Origin: Balanoglossus misakiensis
Taxonomy: Eukaryota; Animalia; Hemichordata
NCBI GenBank assembly: GCA_040954595.2
Contig: CM082588.2
Span: 4,342,156 to 4,406,155 of the forward strand
Length of the DNA stretch: 64,000 nucleotides
Reading direction: 5' to 3'
Under the pieces are notes generated by a model. The model was not told where the DNA came from. It ran no database searches and saw nothing but the letters and a program-made list of their open reading frames with translations. The position numbers were made by a program, and so were the translations under genes. Positions 1 through 25,500 of the stretch are shown piece after piece (position 1 is the first letter of the stretch; each line of letters opens with the position of its first letter).

Positions 1-1472
<1,472 letters not shown>

Positions 1473-1597
1473 TGTCAGAAAATTTTTCTTGGTCGACAAC
1501 AACGAATCTTGAGTTGAATTCTGGGTTTGCGGTTCTTACGCTGACCACTCGAAGTCGGTTTCGTAAGGTATGTGTTGTCTCGCCTCTGCAAGTCCAG

Positions 1598-1706
1598 CTT
1601 ATATAGGTGGTAGGAACGGCTTTGGTTGCCATACCAACAGTCACTTTGCACTACCGGGCCATAGTTGGTTGCATTGGCTAACACGTGACAGTGTAGTCAT
1701 GGCGAC
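1598..1706 (-). promoter_or_regulatory. Proximal promoter of tubulin gene 1: TATA box, two RFX X-box-like motifs, E-box
   Basis: Minus-strand TATATAAG at 1598-1605, about 130 nt upstream of the ATG. GTTGCCATACCAAC 1625-1638, GTAGTCATGGCGAC 1693-1706, CACGTG 1682-1687. Confidence 0.6.
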
Positions 1707-4022
1707 AGACGCGTGGCTTTCGCGATTGCGAGGTGACAGCGTTTGTGAATGTGAGATACTGCGTGTGTATGTAATGTTTTGATTAAATCTATTTAAGTAT
1801 ATTCCTCCCTTGACTCCTGGGTTATGGCAATAATACGCCATTTTAGGTTTATACGTATATTTGCAGAATGCCTTAGTTTACCCGGTGCGTCAACCAGGTG
1901 CTGTTGACACTTCATAATAGTTGATCCTGGATTGGAAACCCCATGTCCACCAGCGAATTATTAATTAAATTTGTATGATTATCAACAAATGCCCCCTGCT
2001 AGCGGGACGTGCCGCTGTGACTTAAATGAGAACAACGCCGTCTTAAGTTCTGCATTGTGATGACTTCTCAGCATGCAAGTCACGCAAGATTTTGTCAGAT
2101 TTACACTTTTATTGAATTTCGAATAGCGGTACATAAAAGTGCTGCATTCCTGAGCGGGCGCTGTGCAACATGGTCAGTTGAGGTCAGGCCGCTGCAGGTA
2201 ATCGGGTCACAGACGCCACAACCATCGAAACACAAAGACACCAGCCAAAGGGTCTTCGGGTGTACATTGACAAGCACCATATCGAATTGCTCGGTTATTT
2301 TGAATATTGAAGACGAGCCAAAACACTCAACCAATGTGCGCATACCTACTTTAATTTAGCCACACAATAGCCACAGACATTTGACAGCAAATCGCCCAAA
2401 GGGGTTTTCTCTATTAAATTAAATGACATAATTCCAATTTGAAATCTCAGGGACAGCTGTTGCTCATTTATTCACCTCGAAAGAATAAGAAAACATCTTG
2501 TTCTTGAAGAGACCTCTCTCCAGTTTACATAAAACCAATCAAGGGCAGAAGAAACTAAATTATGACACAATCCGGGTCCCTACATTCTGAGAACAGCTGG
2601 TTAAATATATTCTCGAAAATAGTTTGGTCGCTCAGTGATACTTGGTAAAGCACCGCTTTGCAATAACCGAATTTCCAAGGGTATCCGTCCTTTCAAATGG
2701 GATGTGGGGAGCTCCAAGTCGGGAAAGCGTGTCTGTGCAAAACAACAGTGAAGACAGCGTATGGACAATGGGGCACTTGTGTTCAACCGACAAAAGTTTC
2801 ACCCTAAAACCGACAGCGACTGCAATTCACGGAGATGAATTCACGTCTTATTTACTGGAGAAGACTTGAATACACATGTCATCAACGTTACTGTTACAAA
2901 GGGTCGCTATTACAATGACTGTCTACACAGGCTCGAGTAAGTAACTGTGCGTTCATTTATGACTTTTGTAGTATGAACCCCCTATTTGAGGAACACCAGC
3001 TGCATCCATGGCAACCATCTTCGATAACAAATATAGTTTCTTATTATTAGAATCTTACAAACTCATGCCTTCCATTCGGAGATTAAAGATTAAGAGTGTG
3101 ATGATAAGCTTATGATTACATCACTTCAAAGGTATGCTGCGATGCCAGCGTATATTGAATTAAATGAAAATTGTTGGTCAACAACATTCTCGAAGGATAT
3201 CATGAACCGAACGCTTTCCCAATCCATCAAATTCGTGCTGATTAGCACATTTCAACATAGATGTAATACCTACCATATACCCACGGTACATATATAACCG
3301 TGCATATACTAGTACCATAACAAGAACTGTTTGTTTGTTAGCTGGTGTGAGTCATCGCAAATAACAGCGCCCGCTGTCGGACAATGTACACTCTACCTTG
3401 GTCCGGCTTATGACGAATGTAATGTACATGTTGTCAATAGCTAGCCTGCTTTCATTGCTATTAAAGGGCTATTAAACCACCTTGTCAGTGTTAAACTGGT
3501 ATTAATGGAGCCGCTGCACGATTCTCACAGACCGAGATAACATTATTCCAAGTGAGGATGATAAGAACCTGCAAACGATGACGACATGCCACGTCGACAG
3601 CGGGGAGGGTGACGTCTTCGTGTATTTTTATCGCATTCCGTCATCCTGGGTCATTTGAAGGTCACGAGCAAAATGCACTCTCGGCGCTGCACTGCGCTAA
3701 ACTAGGGCATGGTCGATTATATATGTATGAAAGATATATGTATGTATGTCAGTATATATATATATAATCGCTTATTATTAATAGACATAAATATAATTGT
3801 AAACAATAAATCTGACGATGAATATTTGCTCAGTCATTTTTTTCACCACAGTCACTTCACATACATTTGTGTAGAGCATCTATCCGGGGAGACAAACAAA
3901 TAAGCAAGCAAGCAAATTTTTGTCTCATGCCACATATGCCACAAATAACTCTCAGCAGAAGGGTAAACATTACCCAAGCGAAGATTTGAAAGAAGGTCGA
4001 GCGAGGAACGCGGCTGATAGAG

Positions 4023-4091
4023 TGACTCATTAATGACATGATGTACGCTTTGGATATCATGACGTCACTGTGTCGCAGTAGGCATATAAAA
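4023..4091 (+). promoter_or_regulatory. Proximal promoter of tubulin gene 2: AP-1 site, CRE and TATA box
   Basis: TGACTCA 4023-4029, perfect CRE TGACGTCA 4060-4067, TATAAAA 4085-4091, about 215 nt upstream of the ATG at 4304. Confidence 0.6.
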
Positions 4092-4303
4092 GTTCTCGGT
4101 GGAACCTGTTAGCTCCAGATCATTCTCGCGTATCGACACATTGCCGTCGCCAAACGCGAGAGCCTTTAGCATTTCCAGCCATTACAGTGTAAGCGCATCC
4201 AGATAGAAGATATCGTGCAGTATTATCCATTCTACGAAACACATACCGAGACAGAGACATTGACGATCTTCCGTAAGCTTAGGCCTCTATTACTCAACCA
4301 AAC

Positions 4304-16829
<12,526 letters not shown>

Positions 16830-17763
16830 CCATGAAATCCAATTAACATGCAGACAAAAGACTTAAAATCAGTCGTTCATTAGTTGGAAGAGTCCAAACA
16901 AGACTGATAGAATTCATTTTATGATATTTTGTTGTACATTGACCAGTTCGTGTCATTTCACTGTGCAATGAATACTTAGGTGTGTTTTTTTTTTCATTTT
17001 GGAATATGCGGCCGCCAGGCGGTCATTTTGGTACAATATTCGTACTTTGTTTTTAAATGTTGTGGGCTTCTTCGAAAGATTGAAAGCAGCTAGGCATTAT
17101 GATAATAAACACGATAAACAAACTTTCTAGTTGACTCTGTGTGATGTTTCTTCGTGTGAGTGAAGGCCAATAATGAAGAACTTGTACGTACAGTTAGCCT
17201 GCAATGAGACACCACTTGATTTGGAGTAGTTTGGTTTCCGCAAGTGGAAGAATATTAAGCATCTTTATTAAATAAATAAAAAAAACACTAATACAACGCA
17301 AAATTGCAAGGAGACATTGAAAATATGCTTGGGTTGCTATTCGACAACGTTATATAATTTCAAACGTACGTGGTACCATGGTCGCTGGGGCACGGCCGTA
17401 TATGCGAAGCTTGTGTCCTCTCGGTTCCTGCTTACCTGACAGGGCGGTGCACTTTTGGTAGCATTATGGTACAGCAGAGACAGTCACGTTTCTACTGTCT
17501 ATGGATGTAGACACTTGGAACTGTCATTTCCGTTACTCTCTATCGCTTCTAAGGTGTGAAGACGAAACGGTCGAATGTCTCGAACTGGGCAGTTTCATTT
17601 TGTTTACTTTGACTTTGGTATTAACTTCTATATAAGTTAACACAAACTTCACTAGCTATTCATTAAACTTTAATACTTTGCCCTACCTTTTTCATTTTTA
17701 TTTCAGTTTTTGTTAATTATTTTATCCATCTTCCGCTCTTCCATGAAATAAACTTTGACTTCT

Positions 17764-20700
17764 TCAATATTCCATGTCGTCTTCGTCTTCTTGTTCCCCA
17801 CTAGTGGAGTCAACGCCAACTTCTTCGTAGTCCTTCTCCAGAGCTGCCAAATCTTCACGGGCCTCGGAGAATTCGCCTTCCTCCATACCTTCACCGACGT
17901 ACCAGTGGACGAAGGCACGCTTGGCGTACATCAAGTCGAACTTGTGGTCAAGACGAGCCCAGGCCTCGGCAATAGCGGTGGTATTGCTCATCATACAAAC
18001 CGCACGCTTGACCTTCGCCAAGTCACCACCTGGTACAACGGTTGGTGGTTGGTAGTTGATGCCGACTTTGAAACCAGTCGGACACCAGTCGACGAACTGG
18101 ATGGTACGTTTGGTCTTGATGGTGGCGATGGCTGCGTTGACGTCTTTTGGTACAACGTCACCACGGTACAACATACAGCAGGCCATGTACTTGCCGTGAC
18201 GTGGGTCGCATTTTACCATCTGGTTGGCTGGCTCGAAGCAAGCATTGGTGATATCCGCGACTTTCAGCTGCTCGTGGTAAGCCTTTTCTATTGGCAGGAT
18301 TGGAGCATACGTCATCATGGGGAAATGGATTCTTGGATATGGGACCAGGTTGGTCTGGAATTCAATCAGATCTACGTTGAGAGCGCCGTCGAATCTTAAC
18401 GACGCCGTCGTCGACGAAACCACCTGTGCGATCAGTCGATTCAGGTTGGTGTAGGTCGGCCGCTCAATATCGAGATTCCGCCGACAGATGTCATAGATGG
18501 CTTCGTTGTCGACCAGAAATGCGCAGTCGGAATGTTCTATTGTGGCGTGGGTGGTCAGCACCGAGTTGTACGGCTCCACGACGGCAGTGGCCACCTGCGG
18601 GGCCGGGTAAATGGCAAACTCCAATTTCGACTTCTTGCCGTAGTCGATGGAAAGACGCTCCATTAACAAGGATGTGAACCCCGATCCAGTGCCGCCGCCG
18701 AAACTGTGGAAAATTAGGAAACCCTGGAGACCAACGCACCATTCAGACTGTCGCGAAAACAAAATATAAAATATTACTAAATGTTTTAAAAGGGAAATTG
18801 GCCAAAGACTCTTTAAAAGAAGAGATAGTTTCAACAATATTAATTAACATTGTAATCCGTTTTCCTGTTTTACTGTGTCTATACAGTCTCTGAAGAAGGT
18901 CGTCTGTGTACGTCCGAAACGTTAGGAAGAATTAAAAGATCGTTTGAAAAGTAGCAGATGGGTCTTGTCAAATACTTTTCACACCTCATGAATACATTAT
19001 CTACAAGCACCCGCTGCAAATTCCACAGATGGACTGTGGTTGGACTGACCCACTTGATATTCATCACTATCATTGATTGTACTTCGCTGGAAGGCTGGTA
19101 GTGACATATCCCCTGCTTGACATACCCTACTGCGCACCAGAATCTTTGAAACACAGCAGTTGAAACTTAATACTTACAACTTTGCGGATTCGATCAGCCA
19201 CGAGGTCGATGATCTCTTTGCCTACTGTGTAGTTGCCCCTGGCATAATTGTTGGCCGCGTCTTCCTTCCCAGTGATCAGCTGTTCTGGGTGGAATAGGTG
19301 ACGATATGGACCAATGCGCACCTCGTCTGCGAATGGAAGTAGGAAAGTAAGATGTCTCTTTTGATGAAAGGAATGCTAGTTCGTATCGTGTGAATTGGTG
19401 GTCGAAAGGCGATAATGACGGATGATAATTTAATTTAAAAGCAACACATCTGGGTTCGCGTCAGTCGAAAAAGCAACAATGCCATCGTAGTGGCTCAATA
19501 ATATAACAAAATCAAGAAATTAAACGGAAAATTTATTGAACACAAGCTTAGCTCATTGTGGATGATGGTTTGTGGCACATAATCTGAATGGACACTTGTC
19601 AACTTTACTCACAATACTATAGTCTGGTAAAAGGTGAGAAGTGATATACTTTCAAATCTTTCAATTTAATGAAAAGAGAAATATTCATTTGAAATATATT
19701 CAACTGAATGATGTCTGGTGACAAGGAACTGAAACGGGGAGGTTATAATTTCACAGACTGATGACTGACAATCCCACATGCAGTGTCAGGTCTTGTGAAC
19801 TGGAGAACGTGTCACAATAAAACGAAATACCATCACGGTATCTGAATAATTTTCATTCATGCTCGTAAAAAAGTGACGTGATTCGTCCGTTGGGTCATAA
19901 ATTTCACGACAAACAAGCCTTTCCAGACATCTAAACCCCACTGAAGACTTTTCTGGAGACGTGTGTACGTGTGGAATCAAGAAATGTGAACCTAATACTG
20001 CCGTCGCTGTATTATTCAGCATGTAGTTTGAGCAGATTTGGTGACGGGTGTTCTTTCAATGAACCCTAGTGATGAAGAACCATGCTCCTGCCCATTTCGG
20101 CTCCGATCGAATTTATCTAGATGTCTATTTTAGGATATCATATATCATACTTATTATTTACATCGGGGGGTGCAACTCAAGCGTAATATTAACACGTTGT
20201 AACATGGATGACATCAGAAGCCAGGAATGGTCGATGGTACAGGCAGATGTCAACGATGATTTTAAATCGAGCGGACGACTGTTTTGTGAGACTTACCGAC
20301 CACAGAAGGCTCCAAGTCGACGAAAACTGTCCGAGGTACATGTCGCCCCGTTCCGGCGTCGTGGAAGAAAGTACTGAAGGAGTCGTCAGAAATAGTTTTG
20401 TCACTTGGTATCTGACCATCAGGCTGGATTCCGTGCTCCAGACAGTACAACTCCCAGCAGGCATTACCGATCTGGACACCGGCTTGACCAATGTGGATGG
20501 AAATACACTCACGCTGCAAGACAAGAACAGTTCCCTTGGTGACCTTAAGCGACCTCTCAGTTTCACCATATGTCAGAGAGAGAGAGGAAGGTTTACATCA
20601 ACGATATCGTTGTAGTACAATCTGATTAAAATCAGATGTAGGGTAGTGTGAGGCGACAGCATAAAAAAAACACGTCGCCGTTCCCTACATCTGATTTTAA

Positions 20701-20987
20701 TCAGATTGGTTGTAGTACTGAGCCTTGTTAGAATCTGTTCAACTACAGGCAACCCGGCGAGGACGACAATCTAGCGTAGCTGAAATATCTGAAATTCCTC
20801 AAATCGTCCAGTCGATTCATTGTATATTCTCAGCCTAACATCCTTTCGTTTTAACACGGAGTCGTCGCAATCCATATATTTCAAACATGAAATAAACAGC
20901 CTACACATTATGATCCATTTCACTTCACTTAATTTCACTTGAAAGAGTACATTATATCGAATAAAATAAATATTCTCGACTCACCAT
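17764..20987 (-). CDS. TUBA: Alpha-tubulin gene 3, moderately divergent (MRECISIH...[12 protein letters not shown])
   Basis: Exons (minus): 20987-20985 (ATG|gtgagt), 20513-20297 (217 nt, 6 nt shorter in the K40 loop), 19326-19178 (149 nt), 18747-17764. Intact ORF, GT-AG introns. Confidence 0.96.
18887..18926 (+). ncRNA. Penelope-type minimal (type I) hammerhead ribozyme-like motif, probably degenerate
   Basis: TCT-CTGAAGA-A-GGTCGT-ctgtgt-ACGTCC-GAAAC-GTT-AGG: CUGANGA and GAAA core boxes, stem II with one mismatch, palindromic AACGTT stem III, 3-bp stem I. Confidence 0.5.
20618..20708. mobile_element. 91-bp MITE with 26-bp perfect TIRs and 9-bp TSD (Mutator-like TSD length)
   Basis: TIR CAATCTGATTAAAATCAGATGTAGGG (20618-20643) and its reverse complement (20683-20708). 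Direct repeat GTTGTAGTA at 20609-20617 and 20709-20717. Confidence 0.88.
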
Positions 20988-22568
20988 ATTAATTGTGTCC
21001 CAGGACTAAACAGTGCACACGCCCAAGTGATCAGATATCCTAAGCTTTGGTCCTTATCGGGGTGTAACACGACCTCGCGTCCGCTGACTTCAATGCGTCG
21101 CTCCGCGAAAAACAAGACTGGGGAAGGCCTCTCGAATCCGTTCTATTTATGAATCTCCAAAGGGCACTATCGTAACAGCTGCCCTACAAACTGGTCGCAG
21201 ACTATTGGCTATTTTTTCATATCTCGTATATTTGGTTCCGACGTGACTTGGACGCTCCCTGGGGCGCATCAACTTACATGATACAGACATATTTGGTCAT
21301 ACTCATAGATGCATGGTCTTCGGAACTGGTTACCACATTTTTTCTTTCTATTTATACCAGAAGACGACATAAAGGGTGTTTTGTTTCAGTATGAATGTAT
21401 TCTCTCGCTGGCTGTGATATACATGATGGCGAGGTCGTGCTGATGCTGACCAGACGTGTACAAGTGCTCAGAACCTCTCACGTGTAACATAGCCCAGAAA
21501 CATAACTCAAAAACTTCATAAAGCTAGCTATCGATGCTAAAATTAAATGAGAATATATTTTCTGTTTGCTTATCTTTATATTTATTGTTTTTCTTTATTC
21601 CATTTGTATCTCCGATGTTTTTCCCCTGAAATACAATGAATATAGCCCGGAGTCACGCGTATCACGGTAGCCGCAAAATAGCGCCATCACAGGAAACTTC
21701 ATCGTATTCGTTTCTTTTTTTTTCAGACAGGCAGTATGGGGGAAAGATACACATCGTGCCATAAATACCAGTACATGTATTCATATCGGCACTTCACATC
21801 ATAGGGAACGACAAACTCTGTGGAATGGCTTTCGAGGAAATTACTACCAAATTAATGAGAACAGGCAGAAGTGACATGGTATATATTCTCAAGCATGTTA
21901 TTGTATTATGGAACAGCATCTTTCCTATGCACATATTCCTTATACAAAAGTTCATACAAAATGAAGCTCAAATGTGCAGCAAATCACATCATTTCATGAA
22001 ATCGGTGAGTTAGCAAAATCACAGCTTGTGTTTTGAATTACAAAAAATGTAAATAAAGTTATGCTTGCATAAAAAATTCATTTAAGTATTTACAAAATAC
22101 CGTAAAAGTTGATTGTCATCACAGGCATGTCTTTCACACACTACTGTATTGCTTATTTCCACTAGCACATGTACTTGCAAATACTAGTATATGTATGTTA
22201 AATAGTTTACTCACCACTACACCACAAAGTTGAACACTTGAAAAAAACATTTAACAAAAATGTATTTTTATCAATATTGGAATGTAAAAAAATTGGAATG
22301 TAAAAATATATTTGATACCAATGATAGAAATTTACTTTTAACATGAATAACATGTCTCTTTATGATTCAAGACACACCAAAATACTTATAATTTGATTTA
22401 AAATCATTTTTTTAAAAAGTAAAAAAAGAGCAAATTTATATGGATTTATGACAAAGAGTTGTAATTTGACTTTAACATTTCACACAAGTACCATATCATA
22501 TCGCAACCAGCAAACTGTATTCCAAAAAAATACCACTGCATACAATTTTTATTTTATATCTGTTGTAC

Positions 22569-25500
22569 TCAGACAGACTTCTTGGTGATTGTGGGTGTCT
22601 CAGTCTGTCTCCTTCCTGGGTACAGATACTTCCTGTACAAGATGTGATCAATTTTATCTTGTTCCTTCCAGTCTTCAAGCACCTGTCAAAATGACAGTCA
22701 TACACAGTAAGCCACTAACACACACAAATCTTTCATTGCCATGGCAATTTAACTGTCCTACAAATCGACGCCAAATAACATCACCGTAAAGTGCAGATGA
22801 GACACTCAACACTGGTAGTGACACAAGACGGTGTGCGACAGCAGTCAGCGGGAATGTTTATCTTCAAAGTGACTGGTTAATACCGGTTAGTCTAATAAAT
22901 ATTATAACAGGCAAAACACATTTCTGTGCAGAATACAGAGTAACTGTATGCTGAGGTGTCTAATATTGCTCAGTTTTGACATCAGCATTTCATAAGACTG
23001 CAAAGCACATAGACGCTAGCCGCGCGACATGTGATCGCCAGAAACTCCTTCATGGACAATGTCAGAGAGATCGCTTGAACTGAGGTCCTGGGTTCCATTC
23101 CTAGGGCAGCTAGGTTAGAGTTTAGAGTAGGAAAAATGACCGAGTGTGTGTGTAAGTGTGATGAGATCGCTGCATTTGACAGTTTGCTTTGTGTATTTAG
23201 TTGCTGTTTTTTTTATTAATGGTTATGCCAATGAGCACAGCCTAGTCTCTTTAATTGATGTATGCCAAGAATCAATCGCTGAATTCTGCTAGTTTATATT
23301 AGGTGTATTTTTTTTGTTTTTGCAAATCAGCATTTTCATGATGGCAAGCTCTATACCTTGTCCCAAATATCTGGTTCAACTTGGCAGTTGCTTCTACCAT
23401 CCGTACTTTGGGAGAAAACTAAAACGGAAAACCAGTGAGTCAGGTGATATCGGGACTGATGTGTGGAATGTCATGCATGGTGAGGGGTGCATGCATGCAG
23501 TGAGAGGACAACAACTGCGGCAGTCAGATTTCACTGGCAAAGTTTGGTGCAGTACACTACACAATCCCTAATGGTGGGTTTGCTGCTCCCAGACCCTGCC
23601 CTTCCCAATCCATTCCTGCAATCTTCACTAACAATGCCATGACATGCAGACAGCATTGCGCATGCTTCATATCAAAATACAACACATGCATTTTGACATT
23701 CACTATATCACTTTGTATTCATGCACAAAATGAATAGGTGGTGCACAGAATTCAAACAGAGCACCGAACTCACTTTTTGTGATACTTTTCAGTGTGACTG
23801 CCACTTCTTCCTTGACGACACCTTTGGTCCAACTCGACATAGCCATCAACAGGTCGGCGCCACCATGTTTGATTAACATCTGTTTGAGTCGACCATCACT
23901 CGTAACCATAGATCTCAAAGTCACTAACCCTACAATGGAAAACAATGTGTACACAACTGTTTAACACACCTTTATGGCTTCATCAGACTTTTCCAGTTGC
24001 AAACTTCTGTTCAGGTACGTATAAAGGGAGAGGTTTCTACCACTAGCAGCACTCCTTAAAATAATCTTCAACTTACCCAGTACTACAAGTTTTTCATCCC
24101 CATCGTTGAGTCGAAGGAATTCTATGAGTTTTGGTATGCAACCTAGAGCTGATAGTTTCATATGGACTGTGCTCTGGAAAGGTGATGGTCAAAAACAAAA
24201 ATTCATTAAGAACAATGATATGGACCCACTAAAGAAAATAAGTTCATTGCAGATCATGATTGTCAACTTGCAGTGAACATAATACATCATGTAATGGGGT
24301 GTACTATACACTCAAACTTCTCTGCTACTCTATTAGGTATGTTTCAATCCATAACCATGCAATGACCACAGGAAACCTACCTCTCCGAACAACGCAGCAT
24401 CGTGCAAGATCATCAAGCTCTCCTTCTTCAAATCTGAGAAATGACTGGACAAGCCCTCAATGATAGATTTACCACAGATGTCCAACATGGCTAGACAGCA
24501 TTGCCAGGACAACGGGTGATTGAATTCAACAGCTGGTTTCCATGACAATGGCTGGAAATGATCAGGTGTCTTTCCTTTGGTAAATGAAAAAAAAAATCAC
24601 AAAGTTTTAGAGTTACTAACCATACAGTTGTCCACTGTAGACACAATTAAGAACATTGAAAGTATCTTGACGGCTTCTAAAAATTTCTTCATATGGCTGG
24701 ATATATTTTTCTCTCTCATTTCTTTGTTGAACTCCTCGTACCTTTGGTTTTCATGGGTGCTGACATTGGCCGGGTACGTTTCTTCGGTCCTAGAGCATCT
24801 TTGATGACACTGGCTGTTTGATCTGACATCTGATTCAATGCTCTCTGTAAGGCTTGGTCTCTCTCTGCTATTGACTTGGCAGACACAGGCCTATATAAAA
24901 ATAAAATAGGGTCAACAGATCTCATGTTGGAGAGAGTTATATTGTGTGTAGTTCTGGTTTCTTTTGTAGCTGAAAGTATGGCCTATTATTGAGAATTTGT
25001 ATGAAACACTATTTGAAACGTTGATGTGTGTGACGTGAGAGTATAGGAAAGCCTGTACCTTTTATTGAATGGGTTGATGGATTTCATTCCGTAATCACTG
25101 CCTTGTAGAGGTTGAATAATATGATGCATGATTTCCAGAACTGTAGCCTGCAATCAAAGAAGCAGCGGATAATTTAAACTAAGGATCGTCTGACATTCAA
25201 TGTATTTGCAAGGTTTTTATATGAACCAACATCATTTAAAGAAAGGCTGTCAACTTTCAGAAAAGCACTATATGGACATCAGTACTTCACAAACCTTAAT
25301 ATTAATAACATCACTGTATATCCACGGCCCAACACTCTCCACTATTCCTTCTTTGACCAAAATCAACTTCAGCTGCTTTCTAAATTCCAACACTTCTCTG
25401 TCCCAGTTTTCAGTCGCTGACATTACTTTCTCCTCGCTCTTCCGTTCCATGTCACCGCTTCCCTCCGATCTCCCGGCTCTGTACAACCTCCTCTTCCCGG

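Noticed and set aside
17545-17590. Second hammerhead-like motif (GTGAAGA...GAAACGG)
   Set aside because: The core lacks C3 and no stem II separates the boxes.
17755-18399. 214-aa ORF antisense to tubulin gene 3, and similar ones at 189-422, 816-1301 and 16341-16694
   Set aside because: Antisense shadows produced by tubulin codon usage; no independent gene signals.
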